A stretch of 55,227 nucleotides of DNA, filler included, from Jimgerdemannia flammicorona (GCA_003990765.1; 3 parts of 3 records of this genome joined end to end with filler, not necessarily neighbours in it), one strand, 5' to 3'; shown: positions 24,336-36,791, numbered from the whole stretch's first letter. Numbers and translations are program-made. Notes: generated from the letters alone by a model not told the origin.

Positions 24336-27300
24336 AATGTCCTTGCTGAGTTCAGACTGTCCTAGGGCTGAAGCTTCACTAGTAGAGAGCCTCCAGGCTC
24401 TGAGGTTGGGGTGTGGCCATCTGGCTCCAATAGAGGGATCTCAGAGATAGTTGATTCCTCTTCTTCCTGTAGGGTCTAGGGCTTCCATGAAGTTGGTGGC
24501 ATCTTCTGCCCATCCTTGGTAGGTTGCATGTCTGATGAGGGTTAGAATGTCTTCTCCTAAATCATAGATCTTGAGAATCCTTCTTCCTGGCTTTTTGGTC
24601 TGGCTTTTTCAGATCTGGCTTCAGTTATCTCCTCTCTTTAAAGTGTGAACTGCAACATCATGACTGAGATGGATCTTCTTATGCCTGCAGTCTTGGCAGT
24701 CTGAGTGTCTTCCATAGTTGCAATATCTCATTGCTTGGAAATAATATTCCTGGTTGTTGATCTCTTGTTGTTTTGGGAATCAGTACCCATCTTGGTCATA
24801 AGTGGGTGGAAGAGTAGACAAGGGATATACTTCTGTCTGGGTGAAGAGGCCTTGTCCCCTGAATTGGCTTTGCAACTTAGTGGTAACTTCTTAGAAGGTA
24901 GTTGACTGTACAACTGTGTTCGGGGGTTCTGGTCTCTGGGGTCTCTGTCTCTCCTATTGGTCTAGTAAATGGCACTGATAGCAGTAGTCTCAGGGAGAGT
25001 GGAAGACCATTTGATGTAGACATCTTTCTAGCCAAAAAGCCTTTTCTTGATGAGTTTCTTTCTTGGAGATAATGGTGATTATACTGAGTCCTTCTTCTGT
25101 ATTCCAAGGGTCATTGTCTTCAGGTGGTGTCCAGTAAGAATCATCTCAGAGAATGAGTTCAGGGACCTCTTCTTCTTCAGGTGCTTCTTGTTCAGGATCT
25201 TCTTGGTCAGAAGTTCTTCTTTCTCAGATGATACTTGACTCCAAATTGCTTATACTTCTGTAGCTTCAGTTACAGGTGTTTCTGGAACATATTTGTATAC
25301 CTTCTTCTTCTTTCTGCACTCTGGGCAGGCTATGCCAGGTGATTTCCTTGTTCTCATGATCTTGGAGGAATGCTTGGAACACTTGTATCTCTTGAGATAG
25401 GTAGGGCATCCTTTGATTTCTCCTACAATAGCTCCAATGGTAATGGGGATAGTGTTTTTTTGCCCACACATTGTCTTCTGGTCTGTTATCCACCAGATTA
25501 ATTTGGGGATTGAGTCTGGGATCATTTCTATCTTCAGATTCTTCCTCTTCTTCTGTAGTAGATTCTTCACTACTGGCATATTCCTCCTGAATAGTGACCT
25601 TTTTCTTCTTTTTTGATTGCTCATAACTGGCTACCTTAACTCTATACTTCTTGCCTCGGTAGTCAAACTTGAGTACTTGTTGACCAATATCAATAACTGC
25701 ATTCATTTCCTTCATCCAGTTGGTACCAAGAATCATATCATAGATGACAGCTTTGGTGACAACAGCTTTCGGGATGGAGAACTGAATGTGTCCAAGAGAG
25801 ATGGTGATATTTCATACTTCTCCAAAGGGTTGAGTTCAGGCTCCATCTGCTACTATGATGCTGAGATTAGATGGTCCATCAATGGCCCATTGGAGGGTGT
25901 CCAGGAACCATTTGGCAATAACACAGATAGCTGCTCCTGTGTCTATGAGGATCTTCACCTTTTGTCCTCCAATATCTCCTTATAGGTAGGTACTGACATG
26001 TCTTTCAGCTGCTTGGACAGGGATGGGAACTGGTTCTTGCTGTGAGATTGGAACTCAGCCAGTGCTAGACCTGGTGGTTCTCAGCAATTTGTTTTGGACT
26101 CCAGCTGATGTCAGTTACAGGAACTGCAGAAGAGAGACTTCCATCTTGGCCTCTTGAATCTTCTGCCAAGCTTCATTGTAGATGTCTCTAGGCATGGTCT
26201 TCAGGGTGTACTTCTTCTTGGACTTTGAAGTAGTAGGTTTCCATTCTTCTTATTCTATCTCTTCATTTTCTAGTGGTAGCTCATTTGATTTAGAGACAAA
26301 AGGTGAAGGAGTCTAGGGAGGTGTTTCTACTTATTCTTCTTCATGTTCTTCATCTTCCTCTTGTGTGATTCTTCTGCTGATATTCCTGGATGGTCTTCCT
26401 ATAGGTCTCTTTCTTTTCTCTGCTGGATAGACTGTTTTCCATGTAGTAATCTTAGTAGGGTATAACTCGAAATCTTCAACAGGATGAGCATCAGTTTTTT
26501 TGTACTGAGTGTCATTTCTACAGTTTGATGATCTGAGTCCCTTTGATTACTTCTTTTGTTGTCACATTCAGTGGCATAGTGTCAAAATTGTCTACAGTAG
26601 AAGCATTAGACTTGAGCTCTGTCTTGGACAGGGTACCTTCTTTCTTCTTGCTGGTAATTTCTTTATTTCTTGGTGGGTAACCTTGGCTCCTCTGTGGTGG
26701 GTATCCTCTGTTGTCTTGGTAGCTCCAATTTTCATGTGTGGTGAGTTTTTCAATCTGTCCAACCAATCAGTCCAAGTTAGAGCTGAGGTCTTGGATTTTG
26801 CTTCTGTCCTTCTTTCCTTCCTTGGCTAGCCTTTTTCTTCAGGTCTTTGTTGTCCTTAAAGAAGTCCTTGTAATGCTTTGATCAGGATGTCTTCTTTATC
26901 TTCTTTCTTATTATGATCACTCCAGATAGTTCCTTGTCTAATATCAAAGAATCCCTGGGCTGCATCTACTTGCTCTTCAGATCTTCTGATGTCTACGGTA
27001 TGGACATACTGAGTAATGTTTGGGGGAATTACATTCATGAAGATCATTGGACCTATGATGTCCTGATTGGTGGCATTGAACCCAGCAGCATGCATTCTCT
27101 TCTGGATTCTTGTGAAGAAGGCTCTGGGTGATTCTCCAAGATTCACCTTCATCTCTATAATGAATTCTTGAGCCTTGTAGTGGGTTTCATTTCCTGCATA
27201 CTTTTCAATGAGCTAGTGGACCATGGCCACATATTCTAGCTTATAAGACATTGCTGCTTGTATCTGTCTCATCAGTTCTGAATCTGGGTTATCTGCTGTT

Positions 27301-28002
27301 CAATAGAAAGTTCCTCTGGCTGGTTCTCTGAGCTGAGCCTTGTAGTGGCATTTTTTCTTTCATTTGAGAGATTCTTCAAGGCTGCAATTCTTTCAATTCC
27401 ATCAAGGAATTCTCTGGGGTCCTTCTCTGGATATCCTGCAAAGGTTGGCAATAAGGTGATCATTTCATTGTCACTTTCTTCTGACTCTGGTTCTGGTTCG
27501 AATTCTGATTCTGATTCACTTTCTGAGCTGTCACTGGAAATGAGAGTGCTTGGGCATCTTGATGATGGTGTTCTGGATCTTGGACGAAGTAAAATGAGCC
27601 TAGGTATTCTTATAGGAGCTACTTCCAACTCTGCAAGGGGTTGTAGTAAAGGTTCTATTGGTGAGATTGATGGGACTGGTATGGGGTATCTGGCTGTAAG
27701 ATCTTGGGCTTATATAATAAGATCTTCTAGTTCTTGTGCAAGTTCTTCAAAATCTCCAACAAGGCCACCTGTATTGTCTAGTTGATCTGGTTGGGGATTT
27801 CAGGCTGTACTGCCTTCTGGTTCTGGTTGGGATCCTTCTGATGCTGGGTAGTTGACAAGTCTTGAGGTAATTACTTCTCTTCTTGTCCAGATTCTGGTAA
27901 TAACTAGTTCTTCTGTAGTAGCAGAGATTGGTGTTGTATCAAATGTATCCAGTTTGACTGTGGGTTCTTGTGAGCTGAAAGGTTATGTCAATTTTGAAAT
28001 CT

Positions 28003-28020
28003 TTCTCAGTTGAGCCCCCA
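28003..28020 (-). promoter_or_regulatory. PBS, tRNA-Pro type
   Basis: TGGGGGCTCAACTGAGAA 2 nt after the LTR end (..ATTACA-TT). Confidence 0.75.
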
Positions 28021-28022
28021 AA

Positions 28023-29445
28023 TGTAATATGTCTGGCTCAATGGAGGCAAATTACAAGGTTGGAGGTTGATGTAGTTTGGCTTGAGCCCCCAGTTACTTT
28101 GTTAAAAGCAACAAAATGTTCTTGGTGTTTAGTGGCATAATAGTTAAAGCTGGATATCTACAAGCAATTCTGGCAATTTCCTTATTGGGATGATTCTCTA
28201 GGTGTAGTGGCAATTTGTGTGAATGGGTTTCCTTCTTGGGTCAACTGAGAATTGGTAGAATTTCATATATAGTGTGAGCAGCTTCCTTCTTGGGTGACAG
28301 TCTCCAAAAGTATGTGATTTCTGGGTATAGTGATCTTGTGTAGTGTGACGATCTCTGTGTAGTGCAGGTTCCTTATGTGTGATGGTCTGGCAATTTAGCA
28401 GCATTCCTTCTCAGGTGATGGGCAATCTCTGTATAGTACAGTGGTTTCCTAAAACAGCAGCTTACTGGGAATTATACTGGTGGTGGGTTCTTCTCGGGCT
28501 TACTGAGAATAATGAATAATTTTGGTGGCAGATAACTCAGATAACTTGGATAACTTGGATGTTACAGATTCTTCTTAACTGGCAGCTCTCTGGGAAATAA
28601 CTTGAATGTCACAGATTCTTCTTAACTGGCAGCTCTCTGGGAAATAACTCAGATGGTACAGATTCTTCTTAACTGGCAGCTCTCTGGGAAATAACTCAGA
28701 TGGTGCAAATTCTTCTGAATCAGGCTCTTCTGGGAATAATAACTCAGGTGTTGTGGGTTCACTGGGAATACAGATAACTTGAAAATGGTAGCTTCAACTG
28801 AGAAATGTGCTGGTGGCTTTTTGAGAAAGAGTTTCTGGGCAAAGTTGCATCAAAGACTGGCTTCATTTGCATGAACAGATCACTGTAAAGTTGCATTAGA
28901 AACTGGCTTGAGCAAGGTGGCTTTCTCTTAGGCAGTGGAAACTTAGGTTCTTCAGGCTTATCTGGCAAGCATACCAATAATAATAATTCTAAAGGTGGCA
29001 AAGTTCTTCACTTGAACTTGGCAGCAAAATCAGCTTTATATCAGAAAGTAGACTAGAGCATGAATAAGGTGACCAATGTTCAATATTTAGAGGCTTCTTT
29101 GGTTTGCACTTCAATTTGGACTGAGGTTTATTCACTCTTATCTCTGGGATAATTTATACAAGTTGGTTGCTATCTGGTTACTATGTGGCTAACTTTAGAT
29201 CTGCTACTTATGGCAGATGTATATAGTCTGTATAGTGTACAGAACCTGTACAGTATACAGAGTCTGTACAGGTAAACAGACCCTATCTAGTATATCTGGC
29301 TAATTATAAGTGTGGCAGGCATAAGTAAATATAATATACTGAAAGTCATATTATGCTGGGAGCCCATGTCATCTGGTTAAGTATGCTAATTATTCACATC
29401 ATCTGGCTAAGTTATAATTTGGGTGATACATTTTAGTTTGTTACA
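28023..29445 (-). repeat. 5' LTR of Gypsy B copy 1 (~1.42 kb), with an internal 47-bp tandem array at 28564-28750
   Basis: TGTAAC...ATTACA termini; homologous to 30879-32328; 47-bp units start at 28564, 28611 and 28658. Confidence 0.85.
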
Positions 29446-29869
29446 ATATATATACCTATATATATACTATATCAATATCAATATCAATAGATCAGTTATC
29501 AGTATTTTCCAGTACTAGTGATACTTCAAGTCAGACTTCTTTAAATAATGTCCAGTCTTCTTTATATAATATTCTATGCTATACTCCTCATTCTGAATTT
29601 TGGCAATACTGTACTAAAACTGAGAAAAATGAAGTTACTTATAAGTATTACAGATATATTTTTTTTTTTTAAAAAAATATAGACAGAAATATAAAACATA
29701 CAGTAGTTCTATGATAAATAAGATAAAGTATATAAAGGTCCAATATTTGGATAAAATGGAGTTAAATATAGTATCAAGTAAAATTGATATTTCAGTTATA
29801 GTAAGTAGGTGATCTCTATTTTATTTTAGTATAAATTTGAAAATATATCTTTTATACTTAAAAAAACCC

Positions 29870-30800
29870 TCCCCAATTTAACCATATTCTGCTCTAGAGT
29901 TTCAAAATCAGCTTATTTATTAGATTATATATAATTATTGACTATTTATAGTAATTGAGAGTGCTTTTTTATGAAGTCTCTTTGGTCTTCTTAAGTCTGA
30001 TTTATATACCCCAAGTGCTAATACTCTTTATAATGATATTATAGAGGCTTATAAAAAAGAATATAATAATCTCTATAGTTACTGACAATATTTTAAATTT
30101 TACTATAGAGTATTATGAGTAAAAGTTTATTTATAATTGATGTCTGGACATCTCCCAATGTTATTTTATTTCTTGGTATTACTAGACATTTAATTGATTC
30201 CAATTAGCAGCTTCAAACTCTTACTCTTAACTTTATAAAGCTTGAGGATCCTCACTCTGGAGAAAGTATTGCAGAAGTATTTATAAACTGTATTCATAAG
30301 CTTAGAATTACAATTAAGTTATAGGAGTTTTTTATTTTTAAACTAATATAAAAAGAGAATGAAAAAAAAAAAACTTTTTACTTTTAATTATTAATTAATT
30401 TTATATAACAAAATTTTGAAATACAGATATTGATCATTATAACAGACAATGCCTCTAACTACATCACATTTCTCCACATTTTGGTAACAAAACTTCAATA
30501 AAAAAATGTAATCTTTGATATTAATAATAACTATATACAGTGTTAAGTCTATGTTCTGAATCTCCTGCCCAAGATTATCTTACACAACTATTCAGTTAAT
30601 GGAGTAAAACTAGCAAGAGCTCTAATACTATTTCAAAGTTATGCAAATTGATTATTATAATTTGATCATCATCACTATGGTGAAAAAAACTTATTGAACA
30701 GTATAAAGCAATTTCTCTCAATCCAAAAAAACTTATTTTAGATATCAGTATATATTGGAACTCAATATTTACAATGATTGAATAAGCACTAATACTTGAT
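29870..30800 (+). pseudogene. hAT-superfamily transposase relic, intron-containing
   Basis: PSANTL, IDVWTSPN...FLGITRH.ID, HSGESIA, ITDNASN, IQC.VYVLNL (CxxH motif decayed), LILDISIYWNS (decayed DxxTRWNS); intron-like AT-rich block ~30318-30426. Confidence 0.85.
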
Positions 30801-30878
30801 ATAGTATATAGGTTACTTATAATAATATTATAGAATAGGATTTAACTTATTAATTAATATTAATTTATTCAAATATAT

Positions 30879-32328
30879 TATGACAAGCCAAGATATACCA
30901 CCCAAATCATATCTTAACCAGATGATGCAAACAAGACGACATGAACACACAGCTTAGTAACCAGCAACCATTGCTGCGGAAAACTGTATAAATAGCCAGA
31001 CATACCAGAAAGGGTCTGTTTACCTATACAGACTCTGTACACCTGCCATAAGTAGCAGATCTATAGTTAGCCACATAGTAACCAGATAACAACCAACTTG
31101 TATAAATTACCCCAGAGACAAGAGTGAATAAACCTCAGTCCGAATTGAAGTGCAAACCAAAGAAGCCTCTAAAGATTGAGCAATTGGTCCCCTTATTCCC
31201 ACTCCAGTCCACTTTCCGATACAAAGCTTGAAGATTTGCCACCAAGTTCAAGGAAGAACTTTGCAGTCTTTTGAAGAACCCGCCGCTTAAAGGAATAAGC
31301 CACGCTATTGGTACACTTGCCAGATAAGCCTGAAGATTTGCCACCAAGTTCAAGGAAGAACTTCGCCACCTTTTGGAGAACCTGCCACTTAAAGGAATAA
31401 GCCGTGCTATTGGTATGCTTGCCAGATAAGTCTGAAGATTTGCTGCCCAAGTTCAAGAAAGAACTTTGCTGCTATTTCCTAGAAGACCATTGAATCCAAG
31501 TTATCCTCTGCCTTCCCAAGAAAGCCACCTTGCTCAAGCCAGTTTCTGATGCAACTTCACAGTGGAGCCAGTCTATGATATAACCCTGTGCAAATGAAGC
31601 CAGTCTTTATGTAACTTTGCTGAGAGACCCTTTCCCAAAGAATGCTGCCAGTAGTTCATATTCCCAGTTAAAGCTGCCAATTTAGAAGAATTCATACCAC
31701 CTGAGTTATTTCCCAGAAGCTGCTGATTTAGAAGAATCTGTGCCACCTGAGTTATTTCCCAGAAGCCCACTGATTCAGGAAGAATCTGCATCATCTGCCA
31801 TTTTCGAATTACCCACTGCATTCCCAGAAGAACCCCACCGATTCAGGAAGAATCCGCATCATCCAAGTTACCCAAGTTATTGAATTATCTGCCTCCCGTG
31901 ACATCCAAGTTATTCATCATTCCCAGTAGCCAAATCGAGTTATCCGCCAAATCCACATAAGGAGAACTGCTAAATTGCCAGACCGTCACATACAAGGAGA
32001 TTGTCGCACTACACAAAGATTGTCGCCCCAAGACCATAACCCAGAAATCGCATCCTTTTGGAAATTACTTTGCTACACAAAATTATACCATTCCCAGTTG
32101 ACCCAAGAAGGAAGTCCATTCATGCACAAATCGCTGCTACACCCAGAGAACCGTCCCAAAAAGGAAACCGCTCGCAGATATCCAGATTGACTATTATACC
32201 ACTAAACACCAAAGATCTCAGAAATCTTAGAACATTTTGTTACTTTTTGACAAAGTAACTGGGGGCTCAAGCCAAACTACATCAACCCCCAACCTTGTAA
32301 TTTGCCTCCATTGAGCTGGCATGTTACA
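30879..32328 (+). repeat. 5' LTR of Gypsy B copy 2 (1.45 kb), with 102-bp tandem units at 31229, 31331 and 31433
   Basis: TATGAC (mutated TG start)...GTTACA; TATAAA near 31101 and AATAAA near 31127; homologous to 28023-29445. Confidence 0.85.
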
Positions 32329-32330
32329 TT

Positions 32331-32348
32331 TGGGGGCTCAACTGGGAA
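32331..32348 (+). promoter_or_regulatory. PBS, tRNA-Pro type
   Basis: TGGGGGCTCAACTGGGAA; restoring two CpGs gives TGGGGGCTCGACCGGGA, close to the classical tRNA-Pro PBS TGGGGGCTCGTCCGGGAT. Confidence 0.8.
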
Positions 32349-32460
32349 TAATTTTAAAATCAATATGACTTTTCAGCTCACAAGAACCCACAGTTAAACT
32401 GGATATATTTGATACAATACCAACCTCTGCCACTACAGGAGAACCAGTCATCACTAGCAT

Positions 32461-33800
32461 TTGGACAGGAAGAGAAGTAATTACCTCAAGACTTGCCAAC
32501 TACCCAGCATCAGAAAGATCTCAACCAGAAGCAGGAGGCAGTATAGTCTGAAATCCCCAACCAGATCACCAGATCAACCAGATAATACAGACAGTCCTGC
32601 TAGAGATTTTGGAGAACTTGCACAAGAACTAGAAGATTTTATTACCCAGATCCAACATTTTACAGCCAGACACCCCACACCAGTCCCATCAATCTCACCA
32701 ATAGAACCCCTACCACAACCCCTTGCAGAATCAGAAGTAGCTCCTACAAGAATACCTAGGCCTATTCCACCTCACCCAAGGACCAGAACACTATCCTCAA
32801 GATACCCAAGCACCCCTGTCTCTAGTGATAGTTCAGAAAGTGAACCAGAATCAGAAAAAAGTAATGATGAAATGGCCACCTCATTGCCAAACTTTGCAGG
32901 ATATCCAGAGGAGGACCCCAGAGAATTTTTTGATGGAATTGAAGGAATTGCAGTCTTGAGAAACCTCTCAGATGAAAGAAAAATCGCTATCTACAAAGCC
33001 CAGCTTAGAGAACCAGCTAGAGGAATTTTCCACCAAACAGCAAACAACCCAGATTCGGAACTGGCTAGACAGATATAAGTGGCATTCTCTGATAAGTTAG
33101 AATATGAGGCCATGGTCCATTGGCTCATTGGAAAATATGCAGGAAACAAAACCTGCTACAAGGCTTAGGAATCTATCATGGGAATGAAGATGAATCTTGG
33201 AGAATCACCCAGAGCCTTCTTCATAAGAATCCAGAAGAGAATGCATTCTGCTAGATTCAATGCCACCAACCAAGACATCATAGGTCCAATGACCTTCATG
33301 AATGGAATTCCTCTGAATATTGCCCAGCATGTCTGCATCTTAGGCATCAGAAGGTCGGAAGAATAAGTAGTTACAGCCCAAGGGTTCTTTGATGTCAGAC
33401 AAGGAACCATCTGGAGTGATCATGATAAAAAGGAAGATAAAGAAGATATCCTGGTCAAGGCCCTGCAAGGACTCCTTCAAGGATAAGAAAGATCTGAAGA
33501 AAGGAGGCAAGCCAAGAAAGGAAAGAAGGACAGAAGTGAAATTCAAGATCTCAGCTCCAAGTTAGACCAATTGGTTGGCCAGATTGAAAAACTCACTATA
33601 CATGAAAATCGGAGCTACCAAGACAACAGAGGATACCCACCACAGAGGAGCCAAGATTATCCACCAAGAGATAACAGGAATTACCACCAAGAAGAAAGAA
33701 GGTACCCTGTCTGAGACAGAGCCCAAGTTCAATGCTTCTACTGTAGATAATTCAGACACTATGCCACTGAATGTGATAACAAAAGAAGTGACCAAAGGGA
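32461..33800 (+). pseudogene. gag: Gypsy B gag
   Basis: Capsid-like PNFAG...DPREF, GESPRAFF.RI, CCHC knuckle; start uncertain. Confidence 0.8.
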
Positions 33801-34379
33801 CTCAGAACCACCAAACTGAAGGAATGATACTCAGTACAAGAAGACTGAAGCCCATCCTGTTGAGATTTTGAAGAAGTAAGCAACAGTGAAGACTACAGTG
33901 ACCTAGACTTATACCCCACTAAGGTTACAACCTGGAAAACAGTCTATCCAGCAGAGAAAAGAAAGAGACCCATAGGAAGACCATCCAGGAACACCAGCAG
34001 AAGAATTATCCAAAAAGAGGATGAAGAACATGAGGAGGAACAAGTAGAAACACCTCCCCAAACCCCCTCACCTTTTGTCCCCAAGACAAATAAGTTGCCA
34101 CCAGAAGATGAAGAAATGGAACAAGAAGAACAGGAACCTGCTGCTCCAAACCCTAAGAAGAAGTACACTCCGAAGACCATGCCTAGAGATATTTACAATG
34201 AAGCCTGGCAAAAGATTCAAAAAGCTAAGATGGAAGTCCCTCTCCTACAGTTCTTGCAACTGACACCAGCTGGAGTCTGAAACAAATTGCTGAGAACCAC
34301 CAAGTCTAGCACTGGCTGAGTTCCAATCCCACAACAAGAACCAGCCTCCATCTCTGTCAAAGCAGTCAAAAGACATGTC

Positions 34380-36791
34380 AGCACCTACTTACATGGGGAC
34401 ATTGGGGGACAAAAAGCAAAAATCCTCATAGATACAGGAGCAGCTGTCTGTGTCATTGCCAAATAATTCCTGGACACCCTCCAATGGCCCATTGATGGAC
34501 TATCCAACCTCAGCATCATAGTAGCAGATGGAACCCGAACACAACCCCTTGGAGAAGTATGAAATATCACCATCTCCCTTGGACACATTCAGTTCTCCAT
34601 CCCCAAAGCTATTGTCACTGAAGCTGTCACCTATGACATAATTCTTGGCACCAACTGGATGAAGGAAATGAATGCAGTTGTTGATATCAGCCAACAAGTA
34701 CTCAAGTTTGACTACCAAGGCAAGAAGTATAGAGTTAAGGTGACCAGCTACAAGCAATCAAAGAAGAAGAAGAAGGTCACTATTCAGGAAGAATATGCCA
34801 GCAGTGAAGAATCTACCACAGAAGAAGAAGAAGAATCCGAAGATGGAAATGATCCCAGACTCAATCCCCGAATTAACCTGGTGGATGACAGACCAGAAGA
34901 CAATGTGTGGGCTAAGAACACCATCCCCATCACCATTGGAGCCATTGCAGGAGAAGCCAAAGGATGCCCCACATGCCTCAAGAGACACAAGTGTCCTGAG
35001 CACTCCTCCAAGATCATGGGAACAAGGAAATCGCCTGGCACAGCCTGCCCAGAATGCAGAAGAAAGAAGAAGAAATGCAGACATGTTCCAGAAACACCTG
35101 CAACTGAAGCTGCAGAAGTACAAGCAATTTGGGGTCAAGAATCATCTGAGGAAGAAGAAACTTCTGACCAAGAAGTTTCTGAACAAGAAGCATCTGATGA
35201 AGAAGAAGTCCCTGAACTCATCCCCTGGGATGACCCTTGCTGGACACCACCTGAAGACAATGACCCCTGGAATATAGAGGAAGGACCCAGTACCATCACC
35301 ATTATCCCCAAGAAAGAAACCCACCAAGAGAAAGCTTTCTGGCTAGAAAGATGTCTACATCAAATGGTCTTCCACTCTCCCCGAGACTACTGCTATTAGT
35401 GTCATCTGTTGGACCAACAAGAAAGACAGAGACCCCAGAGACCAGAACTCCCAACTACTCTTGCACAGTCTACCACCTTTCAAGAAGTCACCACAAGGTT
35501 ACAAAGTCGATTTAGAGGACAAGACTTCTTTATCCGAACACAAATATACCCCTTGTCTACCCTTCCCCCAACCTATGATCAAGATGGGTACCGATTCCCA
35601 AGACAATAAGAGATAAATAGCCAGGAACATCATTTCTGAGCAATGGGATATTGCAACCATGGGAGACACCCTGATTGCCGAGACTGCAGACATCAGAAGA
35701 TTCACCTCAGTTATGATGTTGCAGTGCACACCTTGAAGAAAGGAGATAACCAAAGCCAGATCTGAAAAAGTCAGATTCAAAAAAGCCAGACCAAAAAGCC
35801 TGAAAAAAGAATCCTCAAGATCTTTGATTTAGGAGAAGACATCCTAGCTCTCATCAGACATGTAACCCACCAAGGATGGGCAGAAGATGCAACCAACTTC
35901 ATGGAAGCCCTTGACCCTATAGGAAGGAGGGGAATCAATTATCTCCAAGACCCCTCTACTGGAGCCAGATGGCCACACCTCAACCTTAGAGCCTGGAGGC
36001 TTTCTGCTAGTGGAGCTTCAGCCTTAGGAAAGCCTGAACTCAGCAAGGACATTGCCCAGTATACCCTGCTCACCCTAAGGCCAAAACCCTGACCAAAGTC
36101 CACCCAGGGGATGTAGGATATGATCTTCACAGTCTGGAGGATGAATCTATCAAGCCCGGAAAAACCTTTATGGTCAGAATCAGATTAGCCATGCAGCCGC
36201 CTCAAGGAGCTTATATTCAACTGATCTCAAGGTCCAGACTTGCCAGACAAGGGATAACCATAGAAGGAGAAACCATTGACCCTGGATATATAGGTGAAAT
36301 CAAGGTTATCCTACACAACAGCAGTGCAGAATAGCACCGAATCATTAGAGGACAGAAGATTGCCCAAGCAGTCTTCATGAAGGTCAAGACCCCACAGTTA
36401 CAGGAAGTCTCTGAACTAACCAAAGGAACAAGACAAGCCAAGGGATTTGGAAGTTTAGACAGGAAAGAGGTATATCTCCTTCAAGTCAACCACCTCAAGA
36501 GGAATGTTCCCCAGCAAGTATACCAGCAACCAGTCAGACTGCACAAGAATCGCATCCTGGAGCCTAGAGAACAAACTACCTTTGAAATATTTGCACCACC
36601 TGACCCCAGGAATCTTTTCTTTGAACCTAAGGAAGACATCCCACACCTGGACATAGAGGGACATACATTCCCTGACAAGATGAACCCAGTACACTCCCGA
36701 GCAACCAACCAAAGTTGGGAGACCATCATCCTGCCAAAAGGAACCATCATAGGACATCTGGTGCCTTTTCTCAACCAAACTCATAGGGAAG
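34380..36791 (+). pseudogene. pol: Gypsy B pol N-terminal half: protease, Cys/His-rich insert, dUTPase, dUTPase-like domain
   Basis: ORF track pieces 34659, 35409 and 35901 are one reading frame broken only by transition-type stops. Confidence 0.85.
36055..36460 (+). pseudogene. dUTPase (Gypsy B copy 2)
   Basis: VGYDL, SRSRLA, TIDPGYIGEI, GQKIAQ, RQAKGFGS: all five motifs recognisable. Confidence 0.92.

Larger units (their letters stand above)
24056..29445 (-). mobile_element. Ty3/Gypsy family B, copy 1 (LTR-gag-protease-Cys/His insert-dUTPase, cut by the LINE)
   Basis: Colinear reverse complement of 30879-36330; LPTFAGYPEKDPREF capsid, LIDTGAA protease, ILGTNW, dUTPase. Confidence 0.92.
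30879..36791 (+). mobile_element. Ty3/Gypsy family B, copy 2 (LTR-gag-protease-Cys/His insert-dUTPase-dUTPase-like; RT lies beyond the gap)
   Basis: LTR, PBS, capsid LPNFAGYPEEDPREF, knuckle CFYCR*FRHYATEC (~33730-33775), protease ILIDTGAA (34431), dUTPase. Confidence 0.93.

Noticed and set aside
28564..28750. 47-bp repeats as a CRISPR or ncRNA array
   Set aside because: Simple tandem duplication inside an LTR, without unique spacers.
30879..36791. Endogenous retrovirus (tRNA-Pro PBS plus dUTPase)
   Set aside because: Gag and protease are Ty3/Gypsy-like, no env is visible, and the host looks fungal; the RT is beyond the gap, so placement is not formally testable here.
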